Origin: Desulfovibrionaceae bacterium
GTDB taxonomy: Bacteria; Desulfobacterota; Desulfovibrionia; Desulfovibrionales; Desulfovibrionaceae
Direction: 5' to 3'
Length of the DNA: 43,639 nt
Assembly: GCA_050253205.1 (NCBI GenBank)
Contig: JBFWJM010000001.1
Span: 1 to 43,639 of the forward strand
Positions 22,959 to 32,220 of the stretch are shown here, one piece after another. A model generated the notes under the pieces. That model was not told the origin of the DNA and did no database searches. It saw only the letters and a list, made by a program, of their open reading frames with translations. How positions within the stretch are numbered: the first letter of the stretch is position 1; every line of letters starts with the position of its first letter. A program made the position numbers and the translations under genes.

Positions 22959-23744
22959 ATGCGGTTCATGCGCCTGCTCGCCCTGGCCCTGCTGGTGGTC
23001 CTCCCGGCCGCCTGCGGCCAGGGCGGCGGCGAGGACGATCTCGACGCCATCCGCGAGGCGTACGTGCAGGGCTTCTACCTGGAGGCCCGCACAGGCTACG
23101 AGCGCTACCTCCAGCTGCATCCCCAGGGCGGCCACCGCAAGGAGGCCTGGCAGCGGCTGCTGGAGATATCGCTGAACGTCACGGGCGATACCAAGCGCTC
23201 CATCTCGCTCCTGGAGGCCATGATCCTGGAGTTCGGCCAGGACCGCGAGGCCGCCTGGGAGCTCATGAACCGCCTGGGCGCGCTGTATGAGCAGATCGGC
23301 GACTATCCGCAATCCCTCGCGGCGAGGGAGAAGAGCCTGGAATTCGCCGGGGACGACCCCGGGCGCATCGTCGAGACGCGCCTGGCCATGGCCCGGACCC
23401 AGCGGACCCTGCGCGAGTACGACCTGGCCGCGAGGCTCTTCGCCCGCTGCGCCGAGCAGGCGCCCGATGCGGCCCTGCGGGCCCTGTGCCGCTACGAGGA
23501 GGCCCAGACCTATACCTTCATGCAGAGCTGGGGCCAGGCCAAGGAGGTGCTGGAGGCCATGATGGCGGACGAGCCCGGCGATACGGACGTGCACGCCCAG
23601 GCCGTGTTCCTTCTGGCGGACGTGTACGAGCAGGAGATGAACTTCGCCAAGGCGCGCGAGCTGTTCAAATCCATCCGCGAGACCTACCCCAACCCCATGG
23701 TGGTGAAGATTCGCCTGAAGAACCTCGGCAGGACCAAGCCGTAG
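22959..23744 (+). CDS. TPR-repeat protein, probable lipoprotein
   Basis: ATG abuts the gyrA stop; signal/lipobox-like LLALALLVVLPAAC; helical repeat composition. Confidence 0.75.
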   Translation: MRFMRLLALALLVVLPAACGQGGGEDDLDAIREAYVQGFYLEARTGYERYLQLHPQGGHRKEAWQRLLEISLNVTGDTKRSISLLEAMILEFGQDREAAWELMNRLGALYEQIGDYPQSLAAREKSLEFAGDDPGRIVETRLAMARTQRTLREYDLAARLFARCAEQAPDAALRALCRYEEAQTYTFMQSWGQAKEVLEAMMADEPGDTDVHAQAVFLLADVYEQEMNFAKARELFKSIRETYPNPMVVKIRLKNLGRTKP

Positions 23745-23755
23745 GGAGGAGACCT

Positions 23756-24784
23756 GTGAGCGACCTTCTCCCTGTTCCTGATTCGCGGATAGACATCTTC
23801 AATGGACCGGATGGCGGGGTCCGGGTGGAGGTGCGCTTTCTGGACGACACGGTCTGGCTCAGCCAGAAGCTCATGGCCCAGCTCTACGGGGTCACGGTTC
23901 AGAACATCAGTCATCATCTTATAAATGTATTTCAAGAAGGGGAGCTGCCTGAAGAGGCAGTTATCAAATCTTTTTTGATAACTGCCGAGGACGGAAAACA
24001 GTACCTGACCAGGCACTACAACCTGGATGCGATCATCGCCGTGGGCTACCGGGTTCGCTCCACCGTGGGCACGCAGTTTCGACGCTGGGCCACGCAGCGG
24101 CTGCGCGAGTACATGGTCAAGGGATTCGCCATGGATGACGAGCGGCTCAAGGATCCCGGCGGTTGGGACTACTTTGACGAGCTGCTCGAACGCATTCGTT
24201 CCATCCGGGCTTCGGAAAAGCGGTTTTATCAGAAAATCAAAGATCTTTTCGTGCAGACCAGCGTTGATTACGACAAAAAATCCTCCGCAGCGCAGGATTT
24301 TTTCAAGACCATCAAAAATAAGATGCTTTTCGCCACCACGGGCAGGACCGCGGCCGAAATCATCCGCGATCGCGCCGATGCGGCCCTTCCGAACATGGGG
24401 TTGACGAGCTTCAAGGGGTCGGTGGTGCGCAAGGGCGACGTCCTGACCTCCAAAAACTACCTTACGGCCGAGGAAATCACCGCGCTGGACCGTCTCGTGG
24501 TCATGTTTCTGGATTATGCCGAAGACCGATCCGCCCGGCGCGAACGCATCACCATGGCGGAGTGGGGCGAACTCACGGACAGGTTCCTGCGATTCAACGA
24601 GCGCGAGCTGCTCTCGGGGGCGGGCAAGGATTCGCACACCACGGCGGAACGGCACGCGCACGGAGAGTACAGCCGCTTTGACGCCGCCCGGCGCAGGCGC
24701 GAGCGGGAAGCGGCAGAACTGGAAGCGGAGAAGGACTTCGAGGAAATGGCCAAGGAGGCCCTGGAGATCAATCGCCGAAAGTGA
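23756..24784 (+). CDS. RhuM-family (virulence-protein RhuM-like) protein
   Basis: GTG start with a GGGAGGAG RBS; ...WLSQKLMAQLYGVTVQNISHHL...NLDAIIAVGYRVRSTVGTQFRRWATQRLREY is the conserved RhuM core. Confidence 0.82.
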   Translation: MSDLLPVPDSRIDIFNGPDGGVRVEVRFLDDTVWLSQKLMAQLYGVTVQNISHHLINVFQEGELPEEAVIKSFLITAEDGKQYLTRHYNLDAIIAVGYRVRSTVGTQFRRWATQRLREYMVKGFAMDDERLKDPGGWDYFDELLERIRSIRASEKRFYQKIKDLFVQTSVDYDKKSSAAQDFFKTIKNKMLFATTGRTAAEIIRDRADAALPNMGLTSFKGSVVRKGDVLTSKNYLTAEEITALDRLVVMFLDYAEDRSARRERITMAEWGELTDRFLRFNERELLSGAGKDSHTTAERHAHGEYSRFDAARRRREREAAELEAEKDFEEMAKEALEINRRK

Positions 24785-24812
24785 GTGCCACCATTGGCAT
24801 GCGCTCCTTCAA

Positions 24813-24855
24813 AACGCCAACCGCCGCTCCCATGACGAGAGCGGCGGTTGGCGTT
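24813..24855. terminator. 17-bp perfect-stem hairpin between convergent RhuM and dapF
   Basis: AACGCCAACCGCCGCTC-(9 nt)-GAGCGGCGGTTGGCGTT flanked by aaaa / ttt. Confidence 0.7.
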
Positions 24856-24880
24856 TGGGCGCGAGAAAAGATGTCGGGCC

Positions 24881-24915
24881 AGTGTATATCGTGACAGTGT
24901 ATATCGTGACAGTAT
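24881..24915. repeat. 15-bp tandem repeat (agtgtatatcgtgac) x2.3
   Basis: Read directly; immediately 3' of the dapF stop. Confidence 0.85.
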
Positions 24916-24923
24916 TTTTCGGG

Positions 24924-25793
24924 CTAGTGCTTCTCGCCAACAAGGCCCACGGCTTCGAGGCTCACCTCGCCAGCGAAAACCAACGTGGCCCCGCCCTGGA
25001 GGAAGAGCGAACCTTCTTCCACGCTCACGGTGAGGGTCTCGCCGCCCGTGGTGGTGATGCGCGACCACGACCCGGTGAGGCCCAACTCGTGGGCCACCAG
25101 CTGCGCGGCGGAGACGCCCGTGCCGCAGGCGTAGGTCTCGGCCTCCACGCCCCGCTCGTAGGTCCGGCAGAGCATGGTCTCGGCGTCCATGGCCTGGACG
25201 AAGTTGATGTTGCTCCCGGCGGGCTTGAAGGCCTCGTGGTGGCGCAGGTAGGAGCCCACGGCGGGCACGTTCACGGCCTGCACGTCGGCCACGAAGACCA
25301 CCACGTGCGGCACGCCCGTGTCCACGAAGTGCACGGTGTACGGCGTGCCCTGGAAGTCGAGCTCCATGTTCAGCCTGAGGTTCTGGTACGGCGTGAGCTG
25401 CACCTTGACCTCGCCCGCGTCCGGCCCTTCGGTGAGCACCTTGGCCCGGATGTCGCCCACGTCCGTGCCGAAGATGTGCTCGGCAGGGGCGATGCCCAGC
25501 AGGTTCGCCAGCTTGGCCACGCAGCGCGAGGCGTTGCCGCACATCTCCGCGCGGGAGCCGTCGTTGTTGAAGAAGCGCCAGGAGTAGGCCTGATCCGTTC
25601 CCGGCTGGGGCTGTTCGATGAAGAAGATGCCGTCCGCGCTGATGCCGAAGGCCCGTGCGCAGAGCTTCAGGGCCCAGTCGGGCATGTCCGCCTCGGGCAG
25701 GCCGAGGGCGCGGTTGTCGATGGCCACGAAGTCGTTTCCGCAGCCTTGGAGCTTGTAGAACGGGACCGCTGTTCCTAGACCGGGGATGGGCAT
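24924..25793 (-). CDS. dapF: Diaminopimelate epimerase
   Basis: 289 aa from MPIPGLGTAVPFYKLQGCGNDFV...; second active-site Cys in YACGTG; AAGGAG RBS. Confidence 0.93.
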   Translation of the reverse strand: MPIPGLGTAVPFYKLQGCGNDFVAIDNRALGLPEADMPDWALKLCARAFGISADGIFFIEQPQPGTDQAYSWRFFNNDGSRAEMCGNASRCVAKLANLLGIAPAEHIFGTDVGDIRAKVLTEGPDAGEVKVQLTPYQNLRLNMELDFQGTPYTVHFVDTGVPHVVVFVADVQAVNVPAVGSYLRHHEAFKPAGSNINFVQAMDAETMLCRTYERGVEAETYACGTGVSAAQLVAHELGLTGSWSRITTTGGETLTVSVEEGSLFLQGGATLVFAGEVSLEAVGLVGEKH

Positions 25794-25920
25794 GGTGTTC
25801 TCCTTCCTAGTGACCCCTGGGCTGTTCTCCCAGAGTTGCACAAATACGTCAAGCCCGGTGCGGATTTCCGGGCGGGCTCGACTGGGCCACAGTTCGGATC
25901 ACAGCGCAGTCGGGGCACGG

Positions 25921-28900
25921 CTACCAAGCCACGGGCATGCGGACCTTCTGCCCGGCCTTGTTCACATAGTACACGCACCCCTCGTTCACCCCGTGGAGGT
26001 AGAGGTCGCGTGTCACGGCCACGTCCTGGCGGCAGTATTCGGTGATCAGGTCCAGGCGGCCCTGCTTCCACCATTCGAGCGCCTGGAGCCCGTCCGCGCT
26101 CTTGGCCGCACCCAGGGTGGCCTGGGCCAGGGTGTCGAGCTTGATGCGAAAGCCCATGCGCTCGTGGATGTGCGCCAGCAGGTCCAGGGTGGGCAAGGAC
26201 TGGAACCGGAAGCTGGAGAGCCCGGAGAGCACGAGGTAGTCGAATCGGATGACGTTGAACCCGATGACCAGGTCGCACTCGGCCAGGTGCTCGGCCAGGT
26301 CGTCGATACGGTCCTCCTCGTAGTCGCTGAAGGCCTCGGAGGCCGAATCCCAGACGCAGGCGACGGACACGCCCATGCGGTCCGCTCGGTTCCAGCCGCC
26401 CACCTCCTGGGCGCTGCGGCGGGTTTCAATGTCCAGCACGGCGTAGCGGCGGGGCAGGGGCATGTCGGGCTCCTTGCGGACGGCGGCCCGGGCGGCGGCG
26501 GGCGCATCGGTTTGGGGTTTGGGTGGCTGTGCAGCTTGCGGGGAGGCCGCTTCAGGACCTGTGTCGGGCGTCGCGGACGTTGCGGACGTCGCGGGCGTCG
26601 CGGACGTTGCGGACGTCGTGGATGTCGCGGAAGTTGATGGCGTGGCGGTCGTTTCCGGCTCGGGCACGTCCGCAGGGTCCAGGGTTCCTGCGGCCAGGGC
26701 CTCGGCCAGGAACAGGGCCGCGCGCTTGTCGATGGGCCGGTTGCCCGAGCCGCACTTGGGCGAGTGCACACAGGAGGGGCAGCCCAGCTCGCACTCGCAG
26801 TCGCGCACGGTCCTGGCCGTGGTCAGGAGCAGGTCGTCCGCCCGGGCAAAGGCCTGGCGCGCGAGCCCCGCGCCCCCGGGCAGGCCGTCGTAGATGAACA
26901 CCGCCGGAGCGCCCACCTGCGGATGGTGCGGCGTGGAGATGCCGCCCAGGTCGTTTCTGTCCGTGAGCACGAGCAGGGGAAGGATGCCGATGGCCGCGTG
27001 CTCCAGCGCGTGGATGCCGCCCATGAAGTGCAGGTACTCGTCCTCGGCCCTGCGGCGCAGTGCGTCCGGCACCACGAACCAGAGACCCTCGGTCTCGAAG
27101 ACCAGCGGCGGCAGGTCGAGGCCCTGGATGCCCATGAGCGTGCCGCCGCGCACGGCGCGCTTCTCGTAGCCCGTGACCTCCTCGGTGACGCGCAGCCTGC
27201 CCAGGAAGAAGGCCGCGCCCAGGGCCTCCCGACGAGCAATTATTTCCAGAATTTCCGTTGACTTGCTCGTGCGAGCGCGGGTGTAATACTTGACCCTGGC
27301 CTGCCGGGCGCGCACGGTTCCGGTCTCCATGTCCAGCTCGCTGACCACGTAGGTCCGGCCCCGATGGAGGTACACGGCCCCGGGGTGCGTCTCCTTGCAG
27401 GCGCGGTGGTGGTCGATGCTGCCGATGCGCTCGCCCGTGTCCTGGTCCTCGATGTGCATGGCCCGGCCCGAGCCGCGCAGGTCCACGTCGCGCTGGGGGC
27501 GCTTGCGCTGGGTGACGATCTCCGTGACCTCGGGCTTCGCCCCGGCGCCCTTGTCCTTTCTGGTGCACCGCTGGGCCACCACCTCGAAGAGCTCGCCCCG
27601 GGCCACCAGCTCCTGGGCCTGCTCAGCCATGCCGGGCTCGGCCAGGTAGGGCTCGCCGGGGCGAAGCGTCATCTCCGCCGCCGCGCACACGAGGTGGCGC
27701 GAGAGGATCACGGGGTTCAGCGGATTGAGCACGGCGGATTCCGGCGGCCGGGCGAAGAAGTCCTCGGGGTGGCGCATGAAGTACTGGTCCAGGGCGTCCT
27801 CCCCGGCGATGAGCGCCACGGCGGAGTCGCGTCTGGCGCGGCCCACGCGCCCGCCCCGCTGCCAGGTGGCCATGACGGAACCGGGGTAGCCCACCAGGAT
27901 GCAGAGGTCGAGCCCGCCGATGTCGATGCCGAGCTCCAGGGCCGAGGTGGAGATGACCGCCAGCAGCTCGCCCGAGCTCATGCGCGCCTCGATGTCGCGC
28001 CGTTCTTCCGGCAAAAAGCCCGCCCGGTACGCGGAGATGCGGTCCTTGAACTGGCCGCCGCGCTCCCCGGCCCAGAGGGCGATGAGCTCCGTGAGCCGCC
28101 GGGATTGGGTGTAGACGATGGTCCGGAGGTCGCGCGCCAGGGCGGACTGGAGCAGCAGGATGGCGGCCTGGGCCGGGCTGTCGTGCGGATTGAGGAAGAC
28201 CATGTGCTGCTCGCTGCGGCCCGCGCCGGACTCCGAAACCTCGACCACGGGCAGGCCGGTGAGCCGCTGGCAGAGCTCCGCCGGGTTGCCCACCGTGGCC
28301 GAGCAGAAGATGAACACGGGGCTTGCGCCCCAGGCCCGGCAGATGCGCAGCAGCCTGCGGAACACCTGGGCCATGTGCGAGCCCATGACGCCCCGGTAGG
28401 TGTGCACCTCGTCCACCACCACGTGGGTCAGGTTGGCGAAGAGCTCGGCCCAGGAGTTGTGGTGCGGCAGGAGCGCCAGGTGCAGCATCTCCGGGTTGGT
28501 GATGAGCGCGCCGGGCGGGTTGTCGCGTATCTTGCGGCGGAAGTGGGGCGTGGTGTCGCCGTCGTAGATGGCCGCGCGGGGGCGCTGGGCCTCGTCCAGG
28601 TGCGGCGGCAGCTCAAGGCCTCCGGCCAGCTCGGTGAAGGCGCGCAACTGGTCCTGGGCCAGGGCCTTGAGCGGGAAGAGGTAGAGCGCTCGGGAGGAGG
28701 GCTCGGCCAGGAGCTGCTCCAGCACGGGCAGGTTGTAGGTAAGGGTCTTGCCCGAGGCCGTGGGCGTGGCCACCACCACGTTGCGCCCGCTTCTGGCCAG
28801 GTCGATGGCCCGGCACTGGTGGGAGTAAAGTTTTTCGATGCCCATGCGGGCCAGCAGCTCGCCCAGCGCCCTGGGCAGGGGCCGCACGGGCTCCTCCAGG

Positions 28901-29007
28901 CTCGCGGGGGAGCCGGGCAGGGTCCGGTGGTGCACCACCTGCCGCCCGAGCCGCTCGGAAGCGAGCAGGGCCTCGACGTATTCGTGGATGGGGTCGGTCT
29001 TGGGCAT
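25921..29007 (-). CDS. MrfA/YprA-like DEAD/DEAH-box SF2 helicase with DUF1998 Cys4 module, fused to a C-terminal MrfB/YprB-like DEDDy (RNase H-fold) exonuclease
   Basis: 1028 aa single ORF; TPTASGKT (I), DEVH (II), SAT (III); CECELGCPSCVHSPKCGSGNRPIDK; low-complexity TTATPSTSATSTTSATSATPATSATSATP linker; then VLDIET, GFNVIRFDY, YCRQDVAVTRDLY exonuclease motifs. Confidence 0.9.
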   Translation of the reverse strand: MPKTDPIHEYVEALLASERLGRQVVHHRTLPGSPASLEEPVRPLPRALGELLARMGIEKLYSHQCRAIDLARSGRNVVVATPTASGKTLTYNLPVLEQLLAEPSSRALYLFPLKALAQDQLRAFTELAGGLELPPHLDEAQRPRAAIYDGDTTPHFRRKIRDNPPGALITNPEMLHLALLPHHNSWAELFANLTHVVVDEVHTYRGVMGSHMAQVFRRLLRICRAWGASPVFIFCSATVGNPAELCQRLTGLPVVEVSESGAGRSEQHMVFLNPHDSPAQAAILLLQSALARDLRTIVYTQSRRLTELIALWAGERGGQFKDRISAYRAGFLPEERRDIEARMSSGELLAVISTSALELGIDIGGLDLCILVGYPGSVMATWQRGGRVGRARRDSAVALIAGEDALDQYFMRHPEDFFARPPESAVLNPLNPVILSRHLVCAAAEMTLRPGEPYLAEPGMAEQAQELVARGELFEVVAQRCTRKDKGAGAKPEVTEIVTQRKRPQRDVDLRGSGRAMHIEDQDTGERIGSIDHHRACKETHPGAVYLHRGRTYVVSELDMETGTVRARQARVKYYTRARTSKSTEILEIIARREALGAAFFLGRLRVTEEVTGYEKRAVRGGTLMGIQGLDLPPLVFETEGLWFVVPDALRRRAEDEYLHFMGGIHALEHAAIGILPLLVLTDRNDLGGISTPHHPQVGAPAVFIYDGLPGGAGLARQAFARADDLLLTTARTVRDCECELGCPSCVHSPKCGSGNRPIDKRAALFLAEALAAGTLDPADVPEPETTATPSTSATSTTSATSATPATSATSATPDTGPEAASPQAAQPPKPQTDAPAAARAAVRKEPDMPLPRRYAVLDIETRRSAQEVGGWNRADRMGVSVACVWDSASEAFSDYEEDRIDDLAEHLAECDLVIGFNVIRFDYLVLSGLSSFRFQSLPTLDLLAHIHERMGFRIKLDTLAQATLGAAKSADGLQALEWWKQGRLDLITEYCRQDVAVTRDLYLHGVNEGCVYYVNKAGQKVRMPVAW
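26565..26655. repeat. 9-bp tandem repeat (CGTYGCGGA on the plus strand) x7-9 inside the helicase gene, encoding the T/S/A/P linker
   Basis: cgtcgcgga cgttgcgga cgtcgcggg cgtcgcgga cgttgcgga cgtcgtgga tgtcgcgga ... Confidence 0.85.
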
Positions 29008-29010
29008 GGG

Positions 29011-29586
29011 TTACTGCTGGGCCAAGAGAGACCGAGCCGCCCGACGCACTCCGGAAATGAAGACGTTGAAACTGTGGGAGGTGTTCCTTTCCAGAGAGAG
29101 GCGGGTCCCCAGGTCTTTGGCTCCCCTGCGCTTGGAGTATTCGGGCACCAGCCGGGCGAGTTCCCGCGAGGGGGACCCGAGGCGGTCGGGGTTCTTGAAC
29201 AGTTTATTCCGTTGTTTTCCGGCCAGTCCCTTGGCTCCCGTAGCTGATTCCACGGCCGCAAGATCACCGAGAAACCAGGACTCCAGCTCGCGGCAGGCGA
29301 TGCGCACCAGCAGCGGCTCCCTCCCGGCCTCGCGGCAGAGCCGCAGGAGGTTTTCCTTCACGCAGGCGCAGTCGCCGCTGTCCTGGTCCCGGACAATGAT
29401 GAACGCGTCTTCCGGGTAGAGCCAGCCTTTCAATTTGAGGGGAATGGACTTTTCCAGGTCCTGTTTTCCCTTGTGGGCGATCAGCACATAGTCCGCAGGG
29501 GTGGTTCCCGGCAACAGGCGCGGCAGGAGCCCGAGCAGGCAGTCCTTCATGGAATCCTCTTCCAGAAGGAAGACGAGCCGCGGCAT
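29011..29586 (-). CDS. DUF4276-like protein with Toprim-like acidic signature (candidate nuclease partner of the upstream ATPase)
   Basis: 191 aa; MPRLVFLLEEDS..., IIVRDQDSGD, RELESWFLGD; ATG overlaps the ATPase TGA (ATGA at 29583-29586). Confidence 0.75.
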   Translation of the reverse strand: MPRLVFLLEEDSMKDCLLGLLPRLLPGTTPADYVLIAHKGKQDLEKSIPLKLKGWLYPEDAFIIVRDQDSGDCACVKENLLRLCREAGREPLLVRIACRELESWFLGDLAAVESATGAKGLAGKQRNKLFKNPDRLGSPSRELARLVPEYSKRRGAKDLGTRLSLERNTSHSFNVFISGVRRAARSLLAQQ

Positions 29587-30767
29587 CAGAACCCGCCCCC
29601 GAGAAGCCCCTGCTGCCAGAGCCACCCGGGCTTGTCTCCGGCGGCGACAAGGCTGCGGATGTTCTCGTCGTCGGCTGCGCGGGAGATTCGCGTTATGCCG
29701 TCTTTCTTCTCCAGGCAGTAGATGTTCTCGATGTCCACGTCGTTCAGAAAATCCGGCGAGTGGGTGGTGACGAAGACCTGCCCGCCTCGCCTGGCGTAGC
29801 TCTCGAACTCCTCGGCCAGCTCTCCCAGGAGCTTGGGGTAGAGCTGGTTTTCCGGTTCCTCCACGCAGAGCAGGGGGTGCGGCGCGGGGTCGTGCAGCAG
29901 CAGCAGGTAGGCGAACATCTTGATGGTGCCGTCGGAGACCCACTGGTCGATGAACGGGTCCTTGAAGGCGGAATCGTTGAACTTGAGCATGAGCCGGCCG
30001 TCGCCCGTTGGCGCGGCCTCGATGTTGTGCACGCCGGGCACCCGCTCCCGCATCTTCTGAAGCACCAGGGCGAAGGTTTCCGGGTGGTGTTCGCGCATGA
30101 AGTCGGCGACCTGGTGCAGGTTGTCTCCCTTGCGGGAAAGATGCTCGGCATACCCGGCGGGCTTGCTGCCGCGCGCCTGGTCGATGTGAAAATCGGAGAC
30201 GTGCCAGTTCTCCAGCATGGTTCGGAACGCGCTCGCGGCCTTGAACTTCTGGAACTGGCCAAGGCCCTTGACGGCGAGGATGTCCGGGGAGCCGAGGTGC
30301 TGCGGTTCCCTGTCGAGCTCCTCGTCCTCCTTGCTGAAGTCTTCCTCGTTGGTTACGGCGTACCCGGAGCCGTCCGAGAAATCGAGAAAGTGAAAAGGAG
30401 CCCCGTTGCGCCCTCGTTTGTAGCGCAGTATCTCCCTTCGGACGGTTACCTTGCCGTCGAGAAGGCCTATCTGGAGAACATACGTCACCAGGCGGTTCGC
30501 CCCGGCGATTTCAAGCCGGAATTTGAGCTCCAGCTCCATGTCCTCGTCCTCGTGGCCGCGCGAGACGACCTCCCGGAACCCGCCGCGCCGGGACAGGGCC
30601 GAGCGGACGTTCTCAGCCAGTGCATCCTTGAGGAATCCGAACACGTCGAACAGGGTCGTCTTGCCGCTGCCGTTGGCACCGAGCAGCACGCAGTATGATG
30701 GGATATCCGACAGCGTCGTATCTTGGAAGACCTTGAAATTCTTGAGCCGGATGGCCTCGATGCGCAT
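29586..30767 (-). CDS. ABC/OLD-type AAA ATPase (AAA_21/AAA_15-like)
   Basis: 393 aa; MRIEAIRLKNFKVF..., Walker A LLGANGSGKTT, Walker B/D-loop LLCVEEPENQLYP, H-loop VFVTTHSPDF. Confidence 0.88.
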   Translation of the reverse strand: MRIEAIRLKNFKVFQDTTLSDIPSYCVLLGANGSGKTTLFDVFGFLKDALAENVRSALSRRGGFREVVSRGHEDEDMELELKFRLEIAGANRLVTYVLQIGLLDGKVTVRREILRYKRGRNGAPFHFLDFSDGSGYAVTNEEDFSKEDEELDREPQHLGSPDILAVKGLGQFQKFKAASAFRTMLENWHVSDFHIDQARGSKPAGYAEHLSRKGDNLHQVADFMREHHPETFALVLQKMRERVPGVHNIEAAPTGDGRLMLKFNDSAFKDPFIDQWVSDGTIKMFAYLLLLHDPAPHPLLCVEEPENQLYPKLLGELAEEFESYARRGGQVFVTTHSPDFLNDVDIENIYCLEKKDGITRISRAADDENIRSLVAAGDKPGWLWQQGLLGGGF

Positions 30768-30809
30768 GTTTCCCCCTTGGGAGGTTCCCGCCGATGAAGC
30801 GCCGCCCGG

Positions 30810-32192
<1,383 letters not shown>

Positions 32193-32220
32193 GAAAGCTC
32201 CCTTTGGGTTGCCCGTGTTC

